64,000 nucleotides of DNA from Candidatus Krumholzibacteriia bacterium (GCA_035447065.1 DAOTGJ010000004.1:12231-76230); one strand, 5' to 3'. Positions 46,774 through 57,542 are shown, numbered from the stretch's first letter. The notes: a model not told the origin generated them from the letters alone. Program-made: numbers and translations.

Positions 46774-47802
46774 TCAATCCAGGTCGCGCAGGGTGCGCGT
46801 CAGCATCTGCATGCCGCCGATGGCGCGATCATAGGGCATGCGGCGCAGGCCGAGAACCGCCAACACGCCGCGGCGTCCGTCCAGCTCGCACGGCGACGAG
46901 ACGAGGCTGAAGCCGCGCAGCTCGTCGATGGGGTTCTCCGCGCCGATCCACACCGCGATGCCGTCGCGGTTCTCCGGGCTCAGCCGCTGCAGGGCGTCGC
47001 GGATGGTCCGCGGCGACTCCAGGAAGCGCACCAGGCTCTTCAGGCGGTCCGGGTCCGAGAACTCCGGGGCGTCCAGCACGTTGGTCACGCCCATGAGCTC
47101 CAGCTCGCCCTCCTCCACGTCCAGGAAGAGGTCGCCGCCGCGCAGGGTCACCTCGCGGGCGCAGCGGCCCACGGGGTCCGCGCGGTCCAGGTCCTCCAGG
47201 GCGCCGTCGCGGATCTGGCGGATGGTCAGGCCGTGCAGACGCTCGGAGAGCAGCCGCGAGGCGTCGGCCAGCACGTCGGCGTTGAAGGGCTCGTCCACGG
47301 CGATGGTGCCCGTGCGCACCATGGCGTTGTCCAGCACCAGCACCATGAGGATGCGCCGGTTCTCCTTGGCGTAGAGATCCAGGCGCTGGGCCTTCACCGT
47401 GTCCCAGGCGGGGCCCAGGATGATGCCGATGTTGTCCGTCATGCGGCTCAGCAGCGCCGCCAGGGCCTTGACCATGGCGTGGGTGCTGCCCGAGCGCTGC
47501 AACTCGCGGGCCACCAGGGGCAGCAGCGACGCCGGCGCGGCCGCGGGCTCCTCCCCCTCCAGCAGGCGGTTCACGAAGACGCGGAAGCCCGTGTCCGTGG
47601 GCACCCGCCCCGCCGAGGTGTGGGGCTTCTCCAGCAGTCCGCGCTCCTCCAGCCGCTGCATGTCCGCGCGGATGGTGGCCGACGACACGCGGCCGTCCAG
47701 CCAGCGCACCACCAGGGCGGAGCTGACCGGCAGCCCCGTCTGGCTGTACAGGCGCACCACGGCGCCGAGGACCTGGAATTCCCTGTCGTCTTTGCGTGCC
47801 AT
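46774..47802 (-). CDS. hrcA: heat-inducible transcription repressor HrcA
   Basis: N-terminal winged HTH ..REFQVLGAVVRLYSQTGLPVSSALVV..; 342 aa, immediately upstream of grpE-dnaJ. Confidence 0.85.
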   Translation of the reverse strand: MARKDDREFQVLGAVVRLYSQTGLPVSSALVVRWLDGRVSSATIRADMQRLEERGLLEKPHTSAGRVPTDTGFRVFVNRLLEGEEPAAAPASLLPLVARELQRSGSTHAMVKALAALLSRMTDNIGIILGPAWDTVKAQRLDLYAKENRRILMVLVLDNAMVRTGTIAVDEPFNADVLADASRLLSERLHGLTIRQIRDGALEDLDRADPVGRCAREVTLRGGDLFLDVEEGELELMGVTNVLDAPEFSDPDRLKSLVRFLESPRTIRDALQRLSPENRDGIAVWIGAENPIDELRGFSLVSSPCELDGRRGVLAVLGLRRMPYDRAIGGMQMLTRTLRDLD

Positions 47803-47842
47803 GAGCGGATGATCCCGTCGAGGGCCGAGGTTACGGACCGCA

Positions 47843-47872
47843 CAAGGTAGTCGTCCGCGGCGGAAGGTGTCA
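47843..47872 (-). promoter_or_regulatory. candidate sigma70-type promoter upstream of hrcA (TTGACA-N18-TACCTT); no CIRCE element recognised
   Basis: Reverse strand ggTTGACAccttccgccgcggacgacTACCTTgtg, about 40 nt before the hrcA ATG. CIRCE is TTAGCACTC-N9-GAGTGCTAA, and I found no inverted repeat like it in the 90-nt leader. Confidence 0.3.
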
Positions 47873-47890
47873 ACCGGGGGCGACGGCGGC

Positions 47891-49054
47891 TCAGCCCAGG
47901 CGCGCGGCCAGCCAGGCCTCCACGTCGTCGATGCGCAGCAGGCCGCGCGGGGTCAGGCGCAGGCGGCCGTCGGCCACGGTCCAGAGGCCCTCGGCCTCGC
48001 CGGCGCGCAGGGCCGCGGCGTCGGCGCGCACGGGCGCCAGGTCGCAGCCGCCGGCCGTGCGCAGGGCCAGGATGACGCGCTCCAGCCGGGCGCGGTCGGC
48101 GTCCAACAGCTCGCGCTCCGCCTCGGGCAGGCGGCCCGCGTCCACGTCGGCCGTCCATCGCTCCACGGCGCCGTGGTTGGCCGCGCGTGTGCGCCCCCAC
48201 TGGGCGTGGGCGCCGGGCCCCAGACCCAGGTACGGGCGGCGCTCCCAGTAGGCGGAGTTGTGCAGGGACTCGGCGCCGGGCCGCGCGAAGTTGCTCACCT
48301 CGTAGGCGCGGTAGCCCAGGGCCTCCAGGGTCTCTCGACCGGCCAGGTAGAGGCGCTCGATGCTCGCATCCGAGTCCGGCCGCACCAGGCCGCGGGCGCG
48401 GTCGCGGGCCAGCCCCGTGTGAGGGTGCCACTCCAGGATGTAGAACGACACGTGCTCCACGCCCAGGTCCCGGGCCTCGCGGAACTCGTCGGCCAGGGTC
48501 TCGGGACGGCACCCCGGCGCCAGGATCCAGTCGGCGGACACGCGGGGGAAGCGCGCCGCGGCCAGACGCAGGGCGGCGCGGTTGCGGGCGGGATCCGCGG
48601 CGCGGCCCAGCCAGGCCAGCACGTCCGGATCCAGGGACTGCACGCCCAGGCTCACGCGGTCCACGCCGGCGTCGCGCCAGGCCGCGGCCGCCTCCTCTCC
48701 GAAGCTCTCCGGGTTGGCCTCCACGGTGGCCTCCCGCACGCGCGAGAAGTCCAGCCGAGCCCGCAGCCCGCCGAGCAGGCGCGCGAACTCCGGCGGCTCC
48801 AGCACCGACGGCGTGCCGCCGCCCACGTACAGCGTGCGCACGCCGCGCCTTCCCGTCGCCAGCGACGGGCAGGCCGCCAGCCTCAGGTCCAGCTCCGCCA
48901 GCACCCCGTCCACGTAGGCGCGCCGAGCCGCGGGCCCGTGGCGGTCCGTGCGCGCGAAGTGGCAGTAGCGGCAGATGCTGGTGCAGAAAGGGACGTGGAC
49001 GTACACGCCCCCGTCCCGACCGTCGCGGAACGGGGGCGTCGTCGGGGCGGTCAC
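47891..49054 (-). CDS. hemW: radical SAM family heme chaperone HemW (HemN-like, oxygen-independent coproporphyrinogen III oxidase family)
   Basis: CxxxCxxC motif VPFCTSICRYCHF, ..LYVGGGTPS.., HemN C-terminal domain. 387 aa. Confidence 0.85.
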   Translation of the reverse strand: MTAPTTPPFRDGRDGGVYVHVPFCTSICRYCHFARTDRHGPAARRAYVDGVLAELDLRLAACPSLATGRRGVRTLYVGGGTPSVLEPPEFARLLGGLRARLDFSRVREATVEANPESFGEEAAAAWRDAGVDRVSLGVQSLDPDVLAWLGRAADPARNRAALRLAAARFPRVSADWILAPGCRPETLADEFREARDLGVEHVSFYILEWHPHTGLARDRARGLVRPDSDASIERLYLAGRETLEALGYRAYEVSNFARPGAESLHNSAYWERRPYLGLGPGAHAQWGRTRAANHGAVERWTADVDAGRLPEAERELLDADRARLERVILALRTAGGCDLAPVRADAAALRAGEAEGLWTVADGRLRLTPRGLLRIDDVEAWLAARLG

Positions 49055-50037
49055 CGGATCAGGTCGCCCAGGCGGCTCAGGCGCGGACGCGTGCGCTCGC
49101 CGTCCCAGGACCAGTAGATGAAGATGGCCTTGCCGCGCACCAGCTCCTTGTCCAGCGGCCCCCAGAAGCGGCTGTCGGCGCTGTTGTAGCGGTTGTCGCC
49201 CATCATGAAGAGGTAGCCCTCGGGCACCACGTAGGGGGCGTTCACGGCTTCGGCGTGGTCGCGCATGCGCACCAGGTGCCCGCGCAGGCGGTTCATGGGC
49301 AGGGGCGCCGAGCCGTCCACCACGCCGCGCAGGGCGGCCAGGTCCGGCGCCAGCTCCCGGGCGTCGAGCCCCACGTCCGCCGCCAGGGCGGCCTCCATGG
49401 TGCGCAGGAAGAGCTCCGGCGTCATGGCGCGGATGTTCAGGGCCTGCGCCAGATGGTACTCGCGGTTGAGGCGCTGGCCGGCCTTGAGCGGATCGTGCTC
49501 GGTGTGGGGAAGGATGCGGGTTCCGTCGGGGGCGGGGCGGTTGTCGGCGGCGGGGTCGGACAGGTCATCCTCGTAGATGTCGCCGTTGACGTAGACCATC
49601 CCGTCGATCATCTCCACGCGGTCGCCGGCCACGGCCACGCAGCGCTTGATGTAGTCCTGGTCCCGGTCCAGGGGGTACTCGAAGACGATGATGTCGCCCT
49701 GGCGCGGCTCGCGCAGGGCGGGCAGCTTCAGCACGGGCAGTCCGTCCACCAGGGTCTTGTTCAGCAGGGGCACGCGCAGCCGCTCCGGGGTCTTGGCCCC
49801 GTAGAGGAACTTGTTCACGAAGAGGAAGTCGCCCACCAGCAGCGTGCGCTCCATGGATCCCGTGGGGATGCGGAAGGCCTGGATCAGGAACTGCCGGATG
49901 AGCAGGGCGAAGAGGATCGCCGAGAGGATCGGGCGGATGTTGTCCCGCCACTGCCGACGCCAGAAGCCCAGCCGCTGCAGGGCCGGGTCCTTCTCCGCGG
50001 CGCGGCCGCGGCGGAAGAGGTTGCTCAGCTTCGCCAT
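49051..50037 (-). CDS. lepB: signal peptidase I
   Basis: N-terminal TM segment, catalytic Ser box IPTGSMERTL, Lys box ..YIKRCVAVAGD.., ..GDNRYNSADSRFWG.. Confidence 0.9.
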   Translation of the reverse strand: MAKLSNLFRRGRAAEKDPALQRLGFWRRQWRDNIRPILSAILFALLIRQFLIQAFRIPTGSMERTLLVGDFLFVNKFLYGAKTPERLRVPLLNKTLVDGLPVLKLPALREPRQGDIIVFEYPLDRDQDYIKRCVAVAGDRVEMIDGMVYVNGDIYEDDLSDPAADNRPAPDGTRILPHTEHDPLKAGQRLNREYHLAQALNIRAMTPELFLRTMEAALAADVGLDARELAPDLAALRGVVDGSAPLPMNRLRGHLVRMRDHAEAVNAPYVVPEGYLFMMGDNRYNSADSRFWGPLDKELVRGKAIFIYWSWDGERTRPRLSRLGDLIR

Positions 50038-50053
50038 CGTCCAGGGTCCCCTC

Positions 50054-51847
50054 TCAGCGTTCCACCTTGAGCACCGCCATGAAGGCCTCCTGGGGGATCT
50101 CCACGGACCCCACCTGCTTCATGCGCTTCTTGCCTTCCTTCTGCTTCTCCAGGAGCTTGCGCTTGCGCGTGATGTCGCCGCCGTAGCACTTGGCCGTCAC
50201 GTTCTTGCGGTAGGCCTGCACGTTGGTGCGCGCCACCACGCGCGTGCCGATGGCCGCCTGGATGGCCACCTGGAACATCTGCCGCGGGATCAGCTCCTTG
50301 AGCTTGCGGCACAGCTCCAGCCCCCAGTGGTACGCCTTCTCGCGGTGCACGATGCAGGCCAGGGCGTCCACGGGCTCGCCGTTGATCATGATGTCCAGCT
50401 TGATCAGGTCGCCGGGCCGGTGCTCGGTGTACTCGTAGTCCAGCGAGGCGTAGCCGCGGGTCACGCTCTTGAGCTTGTCGTAGTAGTCCACCACGAGCTC
50501 GGACAGCGGCAGGTCGAAGTCCAGGGTCACCCGCTCGGTGTCGATGTACTCCATCTTGCGCTGGGTGCCGCGCCGGTCCAGGCTGATCTGGATCACGGGG
50601 CCGATGTACTCCTTGGGCGTGATCACCGACGCCCGCACGTACGGCTCGCGCACCTCGGTGATCTGCTGCACCGGCGGCATGAAGGCCGGGTTCTCCACCA
50701 GCACCGTCTCGCCGGTCTTGGTGGCCACCTCGTACTCCACGTTGGGCAGGGTGGCGATGAGGTTGAGGTCGTACTCGCGCTCCAGCCGTTCCTGGATGAT
50801 CTCCATGTGCAGCAGCCCCAGGAACCCGCAGCGGAAGCCGAAGCCCAGGGCCGCGCTCTTCTCCAGCTCCCAGGTCAGCGCCGCGTCGTTGAGCTGCATC
50901 TTCTGCAGGGCGTCCTTGAGGTCGTCGTACTGGTCGTTGTCCACGGGGTAGAAGCCGCTGAAGACCATGGGCTTGGCTTCCTCGTAGCCGGCCAGGGGCT
51001 TGGCGCAGGGCGCGTCGGCCATGGTCAGGGTGTCGCCCACGCGGATCTGGCGCACGTCCTTGGCGCCGGTGGCGATGTACCCCACCTCCCCCGCGCTCAG
51101 CTCCTTGCGCGCCATGCGCGTCAGCCGGAACCAGCCGATCTCGCCCACCTCGTGGTCCACGCCCAGGTTCATCAGCCTCACCCTCTGCCCCTTGGCGATG
51201 CGGCCGTGCATGACGCGGACGTACGCCACGGCGCCCACGTAGGGGTCGAAGATGGAGTCGAAGATCAGGGCCTGCGTGGGCGCCTGGGGATCTCCCGCCG
51301 GCGGGGGCACGTGGGCCACCACGTGCTCCAGCAGCGCGGCCACGCCCTCGCCGGTCTTGGCGCTGACGCGCACCACCTCCTCCGGCTCGCAGCCCAGCAG
51401 GTCCACCACCTGCTCGGTCACCTCGTCGGCGCGCGCGGCCGGCAGGTCGATCTTGTTGATGACCGGGATGATGGCCAGGTCGTGCTCCAGGGCCAGGTAG
51501 AGGTTGTTGATGGTCTGGGCCTGGATGCCCTGCACCGCGTCCACCACCAGCAGCGCGCCCTCGCACGCGGCCAGGCTGCGCGAGACCTCGTAGTGGAAGT
51601 CCACGTGCCCCGGCGTGTCGATGAGGTTCAGCACGTAGGGCGTGCCGTCCGCCGCCTTGTAGTCCATGCGGATGGGGTGGCTCTTGATGGTGATGCCCCG
51701 CTCCTGCTCCAGCTCCATGGAGTCCAGGACCTGCGCGGTGAGCTGCTTGCCGGACAGGGTGCCGGTGAGCTCGAGCAGGCGGTCGGCCAGGGTGGACTTC
51801 CCGTGGTCGATGTGGGCGATGATGCAGAAGTTGCGGAACTGGTCCAT
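50054..51847 (-). CDS. lepA: elongation factor 4 (LepA)
   Basis: MDQFRNFCIIAHIDHGKSTLADRLL, ..LIDTPGHVDF.., the LepA-specific C-terminal domain. 597 aa. Confidence 0.95.
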   Translation of the reverse strand: MDQFRNFCIIAHIDHGKSTLADRLLELTGTLSGKQLTAQVLDSMELEQERGITIKSHPIRMDYKAADGTPYVLNLIDTPGHVDFHYEVSRSLAACEGALLVVDAVQGIQAQTINNLYLALEHDLAIIPVINKIDLPAARADEVTEQVVDLLGCEPEEVVRVSAKTGEGVAALLEHVVAHVPPPAGDPQAPTQALIFDSIFDPYVGAVAYVRVMHGRIAKGQRVRLMNLGVDHEVGEIGWFRLTRMARKELSAGEVGYIATGAKDVRQIRVGDTLTMADAPCAKPLAGYEEAKPMVFSGFYPVDNDQYDDLKDALQKMQLNDAALTWELEKSAALGFGFRCGFLGLLHMEIIQERLEREYDLNLIATLPNVEYEVATKTGETVLVENPAFMPPVQQITEVREPYVRASVITPKEYIGPVIQISLDRRGTQRKMEYIDTERVTLDFDLPLSELVVDYYDKLKSVTRGYASLDYEYTEHRPGDLIKLDIMINGEPVDALACIVHREKAYHWGLELCRKLKELIPRQMFQVAIQAAIGTRVVARTNVQAYRKNVTAKCYGGDITRKRKLLEKQKEGKKRMKQVGSVEIPQEAFMAVLKVER

Positions 51848-51866
51848 GGGCTCCTCGGCTTCTGGG

Positions 51867-52451
51867 TCAGAAGCCCGCGCTCAGGCGCAGGATGGGGGCG
51901 CCGCCGCCCGTCGCGGGCGGCAGCTCGATGGGCTGGGGGATGTCCCCCGGATCCCAGGCGTCGGGCACGTGCACCGGATCCTCGTCGAACCGGTCCAGAT
52001 GGGCGCCCACGTAGGCGTCCAGGGCGATGAAGAACAGCGCGCCTCCCGCCCACCAGGCGTTGTCGCGCTTGATCTCCCAGAGATCTCCGTAGACGCCCAC
52101 GGCCGCCTCGAAACCGTCCGCCCCCCGCAGGGGTTCGATGCGGTCGCGGTAGCGTTCCGCCCGCCGGTCGAAGGTGACGACCCTGGCCAGGAACCAGCCC
52201 TCGAACCCGAAGGCCAGCGCGGCGCGCCACGCGTTGTCCGTGGCCAGCTGCCCCCAGCCCGGGAAGACCGCCGAGGTGAACACGGCCGCCGTGGGGCTCA
52301 CGCGCGGCCGGCCCAGCAGCGACGGCGCCGTGGGACGGGCGGCCGCCACGCTGTCGGCGTCCGTCACCCGGAGCGCCGACCCGGGCTGCGCCGCCGCGCC
52401 GGCGGCCAGCGCCAGCAGCAGCAGCGTCGCGATCCCGGCCCGGGCCCTCAT
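51867..52451 (-). CDS. secreted hypothetical protein (DUF5683-like; PGWGQ motif)
   Basis: Signal peptide MRARAGIATLLLLALAAGAAA, and ..SAVFPGWGQL.. resembling the DUF5683 family. It overlaps the downstream kinase gene by 4 nt. Confidence 0.45.
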   Translation of the reverse strand: MRARAGIATLLLLALAAGAAAQPGSALRVTDADSVAAARPTAPSLLGRPRVSPTAAVFTSAVFPGWGQLATDNAWRAALAFGFEGWFLARVVTFDRRAERYRDRIEPLRGADGFEAAVGVYGDLWEIKRDNAWWAGGALFFIALDAYVGAHLDRFDEDPVHVPDAWDPGDIPQPIELPPATGGGAPILRLSAGF

Positions 52452-53353
52452 GGCGTCGCCTCCCCGCGCGGCACGATCACGCGCAGCGCGCCCGCCCGCA
52501 AGCGGAATTCATGGCGTCCGGCCGGCAGGCGGTCCGGCTCGCCGTCCCAGTGCACGGCCAGCGGCTCCTCGCTCTCGAGCACCGCCGACGCCGCGCGCGG
52601 ATAGTGGACCCGGGGATGTCCCAGGTGATCTCCGGTCACGGCCTTGGGCAGCGTGCGCAGCAGGTCCCAGAGGCCCACGCGCCGCACCAGGCAGAAATCC
52701 AGGCGGCCGTCCCCCGGATCGGCCAGGGGCGTCAGCCGGAAGCCGCCGCCGCAGAGGGCGCCGTTGCCCACCTCGGCCAGGGTCCAGCGGCCGTCCAGAT
52801 CCCGCGGCTCAGGCGTCCCGTCCGGGAACGTCCAGCGCGCCCGCGGCGCCCGGTAGCGCCCCACCAGGGGCAGGGTGGCCAGGCTGTAGCGCAGGCCGCC
52901 CCAGCGGCGGGAGATGCGGGCCGCCCGCAGCGACGCCTCGCCGCTGAGGAAGAGCCCGCAGCTGTTCACGAACGGACGCCCGGCGAACTCGCCCAGGTCC
53001 AGCGGCCGGGTGCGGCCGCCCGTCAGGGCCGTCAGGCCGTCGTCCAGGGAGCGCAGCCCCAGGCCCCTGGCGAAGTCGTTGCCGCTGCCCGTGGGCAGCA
53101 CCGCCAGCGACGCGCCGCTGCCGGCCAGCCCGGCCGCCACCTCGCCCACCGTGCCGTCGCCGCCCACGGCCACCACCAGGTCGTGGCGCTCCGCCGCGGC
53201 GCGGGCCAGCTCCCGCCCGTGCCCCGCACCGGCGGTGTGCAGGAGCTCCGCGTCGCGGCCCGCGCGGGCCAGGGCCCGGCGCAGCTCTTCCGGATCGGGT
53301 CGGTCCCGATCGCGGCCGCTGATGGGATTCAGGACGACGGCGCAGGTCGGCAT
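52448..53353 (-). CDS. diacylglycerol kinase catalytic-domain family lipid kinase (YegS/BmrU-like)
   Basis: The true start is MPTCAVVLNPISGR with a GGAGG RBS. GGDGT motif VVAVGGDGTVGEVAAGL. The track ORF over-extends 5'. Confidence 0.75.
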   Translation of the reverse strand: MPTCAVVLNPISGRDRDRPDPEELRRALARAGRDAELLHTAGAGHGRELARAAAERHDLVVAVGGDGTVGEVAAGLAGSGASLAVLPTGSGNDFARGLGLRSLDDGLTALTGGRTRPLDLGEFAGRPFVNSCGLFLSGEASLRAARISRRWGGLRYSLATLPLVGRYRAPRARWTFPDGTPEPRDLDGRWTLAEVGNGALCGGGFRLTPLADPGDGRLDFCLVRRVGLWDLLRTLPKAVTGDHLGHPRVHYPRAASAVLESEEPLAVHWDGEPDRLPAGRHEFRLRAGALRVIVPRGEATP

Positions 53354-53451
53354 GGCCCTCCGGTCAACGGCGGCCGGCCGGCCGGGTTCCCCCGGGCGAC
53401 GGCCGTGCAGAACGGGGACGCGGCCGCGGCCGCGTCCCCGCATGCGCACAC

Positions 53452-53549
53452 TGGCGGGAATGTGTGGGAATCGAACCCACCTCGGACGGTTGACGCGCCC
53501 GACACAGGGATTTGAAGTCCCGGGGGACCACCAGGCCCCATCCACTCCC
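53452..53549 (-). tRNA. selC: tRNA-Sec (selenocysteine tRNA, anticodon UCA), CCA encoded
   Basis: Reverse strand GGGAGUGG-AU-GGGGCC-UGGU-GGUCCC-CCGGGA-CUUCAAA-UCCCUG-UG-UCGGGCG-CGUCAAC-CGUCCGA-G-GUGGG-UUCGAUU-CCCAC-ACAUUCCC-G-CCA, 98 nt. It shows all the bacterial Sec hallmarks: 8-bp acceptor (one GU, one terminal mismatch), 6-bp D-stem with 4-nt loop, anticodon loop CUUCAAA identical to E. coli selC, a 7-bp variable arm, 5-bp T-stem and G73 discriminator. Confidence 0.8.
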
Positions 53550-53612
53550 GCGAACCGCCCTTATGCTAAGGCATGAGGGGCCACGGGGCCAGGAAAACAG
53601 GCGCCGCCGCTC

Positions 53613-53996
53613 TCAGTTCCGCGCCGCGATCATCTCGATCTCCACCCGCGCGTCCACCGGCAGCCGCGCCACCTGCACGGCCGAGCGGGCCGGCGGGTCC
53701 ACGGCGAAGTAGCCCTTGTAGACCTCGTTCACCGCGGCGAAGTCGTTCATGTCCGCCAGGAAGACGGTCACCTTCACCACGTCGGCCAGGGTCATGCCGC
53801 CGGCCTCCACCACGGCGCGGGCGTTCTCCAGGGCGCGGCGCGCCTGCTCGGCCACGTCGGCCGACACGAACTTGCCCGTGCCGGGGTCCAGCCCCAGCTG
53901 CCCGGCCGTGAAAAGGAGCCCGCCGCTCACGATCCCCTGGCTGTAGGGGCCGATGGCGGCGGGCGCGGCGTCGGTACGGATGACGGTGCGGCTCAT
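53613..53996 (-). CDS. ridA: RidA family protein (YjgF/TdcF, reactive enamine/imine deaminase)
   Basis: 127 aa: ..AAPAAIGPYSQGIVSGGLLFTAGQL.., ..ARSAVQVARLPVDARVEIEMIA.. Confidence 0.9.
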   Translation of the reverse strand: MSRTVIRTDAAPAAIGPYSQGIVSGGLLFTAGQLGLDPGTGKFVSADVAEQARRALENARAVVEAGGMTLADVVKVTVFLADMNDFAAVNEVYKGYFAVDPPARSAVQVARLPVDARVEIEMIAARN

Positions 53997-54035
53997 GGTC
54001 TCTCCCTCGGGGCCGGAGCCCCGAGGGCGACCGGC

Positions 54036-55859
<1,824 letters not shown>

Positions 55860-55877
55860 GTCGTCGTCTCCCTCCGG

Positions 55878-57218
55878 TCAGCCCTGAAGCCGGGCGCGGG
55901 TGCGTTCCACCAGCGCGCGGGCCTCGTCCTCTGTGGGAGCCTCGGCGATCACGCGCACGATGGGCTCCGTATTGCTAGGACGCACATGCACCCAGCCGGA
56001 CTCGCCGGCCCAACGCACGCCGTCCCGATCGTCGAGGGTGCCGTCGCCGAGACCGGCGAGGGCGTCCCGCACTGCATCGGCCAGGAACGGACCTTCTTGA
56101 CCGAACTTGTCCTTGACCATGGCCACGGGCGGATAGCCCGCCATGACCTCCCCCAGGCCGGCCCCGCGGTCCGCAAGCATCTGCAGCACCATGGCGATGC
56201 CCACCAGGGCGTCGCGGCCGGCGTGCAGGGCGGGGTAGATCACGCCGCCGTTGCCCTCGCCGCCGATGACCGCGCCCTCGGCCAGCATGGTGGCCACCAC
56301 GTTGGCCTCCCCCACCGGCGTGCGGCTCACCGACGCGCCGTGGCGGGCCGCCACGGTCTCGATCAGGCCCGTGGTGCTCAGGTTCACGGCCACGCCGCCG
56401 GGCTGCACGCCCAGCAGGAAGTCCACGCACACGGCCAGGGTCAGCTCCTCGCTGAGCACCGTGCCCGCGCCGTCCACCAGCACCAGGCGGTCCACGTCCG
56501 GATCCACGGCGAAGCCCAGGTCGCAGCCGTGGGCCCGCACCGCCTCGCCCAGCTCCGCCAGGTGGGCCGGCGTGGGCTCGGGCGGATGGGGGAAGTGCCC
56601 CGTGCAGCCGCAGTGCAGGGGCACGCAGCGCACGCCCAGCCGCTCCAGCAGGGCCGGCACGATGCGGCCGCCCGCGCCCTCCACCGCGTCCACCGCGGCG
56701 GTCAGGCCGCGGGCGCGGATGCGCTCGGCGTCCAGCCAGGGCAGGGCCAGGATCATGTCCAGATGGCGGGCGTCCGCGGTGTCGTCCGTGGACACGGCGC
56801 CGATGCCGTCCCAGGCCGCGTGCACGGCGCCGCGCGCGAAGATGTCCGCCAGCTCCCCGTTCTGCTCCGCGTTGAGGAACAGACCGGTGTGGTCCAGCAG
56901 CTTCAGGGCGTTCCACTGCTGCGGGTTGTGGCTGGCGGTGAGGATGATGCCGCCCACGGCGTCGGTCTCCTGGACCGCCAGCTCCGTGGTGGGCGTGGTG
57001 GCCAGGCCGATGTCCACCACGTCGTGGCCCGTGGACATGAGCGCCGCCTTCACCGCGTGCAGGAGCATGGGGCCCGTGGGCCGGCTGTCGCGTCCCACCA
57101 CCACGGGGCCGGGAGGCAGCCAGGTGCCGAAGGCCGCCGCCCAGCGGCCCACCACCTCGGCGTTGAACTCGGGACCCAGGATCCCGCGGATCCCGGACAC
57201 GCTCACCTTGAGGGACAT
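55878..57218 (-). CDS. glmM: phosphoglucosamine mutase / phosphohexomutase family
   Basis: MSLKVSVSGIRG, active-site ..ILTASHNPQQWN.., GGEGNGG. The start was trimmed to the ATG at 57218 preceded by GGAAGGAG. Confidence 0.8.
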   Translation of the reverse strand: MSLKVSVSGIRGILGPEFNAEVVGRWAAAFGTWLPPGPVVVGRDSRPTGPMLLHAVKAALMSTGHDVVDIGLATTPTTELAVQETDAVGGIILTASHNPQQWNALKLLDHTGLFLNAEQNGELADIFARGAVHAAWDGIGAVSTDDTADARHLDMILALPWLDAERIRARGLTAAVDAVEGAGGRIVPALLERLGVRCVPLHCGCTGHFPHPPEPTPAHLAELGEAVRAHGCDLGFAVDPDVDRLVLVDGAGTVLSEELTLAVCVDFLLGVQPGGVAVNLSTTGLIETVAARHGASVSRTPVGEANVVATMLAEGAVIGGEGNGGVIYPALHAGRDALVGIAMVLQMLADRGAGLGEVMAGYPPVAMVKDKFGQEGPFLADAVRDALAGLGDGTLDDRDGVRWAGESGWVHVRPSNTEPIVRVIAEAPTEDEARALVERTRARLQG

Positions 57219-57310
57219 ACGGGCTCCTTCCCAATGCCCGCGCGCGGGGCGCACGAGAGGGTGGCCGCGCCGGGAGGCGCGACGAGGCGGTCATGAGGCG
57301 GAGGGGAAGA

Positions 57311-57386
57311 TGGAGCCGATGTGGGGACTCGAACCCCAGACCTGCTCATTACGAGTGAGCTGCTCTACCAGCTGAGCTACATCGGC
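57311..57386 (-). tRNA. tRNA-Thr (anticodon CGU), CCA encoded
   Basis: Reverse strand GCCGAUGUAGCUCAGCUGGUAGAGCAGCUCACUCGUAAUGAGCAGGUCUGGGGUUCGAGUCCCCACAUCGGCUCCA. Confidence 0.9.
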
Positions 57387-57406
57387 CCGAATCGGGGGAT
57401 CGGAAA

Positions 57407-57482
57407 TGGTGCCTGGGGGCGGATTTGAACCACCGACACCCGCATTTTCAGTGCGGTGCTCTACCAACTGAGCTACCCAGGC
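57407..57482 (-). tRNA. tRNA-Phe (anticodon GAA), CCA encoded
   Basis: Reverse strand GCCUGGGUAGCUCAGUUGGUAGAGCACCGCACUGAAAAUGCGGGUGUCGGUGGUUCAAAUCCGCCCCCAGGCACCA. Confidence 0.9.
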
Positions 57483-57512
57483 ACGATCACCGTACCGCTC
57501 GTGAGCGGTCCG

Positions 57513-57542
57513 GGAATAAAACACTCCCGATCACGACCTGTC
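57513..57542 (-). promoter_or_regulatory. candidate promoter for the tRNA-Phe/tRNA-Thr transcription unit
   Basis: The reverse strand reads cggcTTGACAggtcgtgatcgggagtgTTTTATTcccgg, a consensus -35 with an AT-rich -10-like element 16-18 nt downstream. It is followed by a perfect hairpin ACCGCUC-ACGA-GAGCGGU just before the tRNA 5' end. Confidence 0.3.

Noticed and set aside
45211-47850. 879-aa plus-strand ORF
   Set aside because: Antisense to dnaJ, grpE and hrcA.
47803-47890. Searched for a CIRCE operator upstream of hrcA
   Set aside because: There is no inverted repeat resembling TTAGCACTC-N9-GAGTGCTAA. Only a sigma70-like promoter is reported, and at low confidence.
53440-53560. Possible tmRNA (ssrA) suggested by a tRNA-like T-arm/acceptor with GGUGGGUUCGAUUCCCAC
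   Set aside because: The element is only ~98 nt and folds completely as a long-variable-arm tRNA with anticodon UCA. There is no tag-peptide reading frame and no pseudoknot region, so I call it selC.
57291-57524. 77-aa minus-strand ORF
   Set aside because: It is composed of the tRNA-Thr and tRNA-Phe sequences read as protein.
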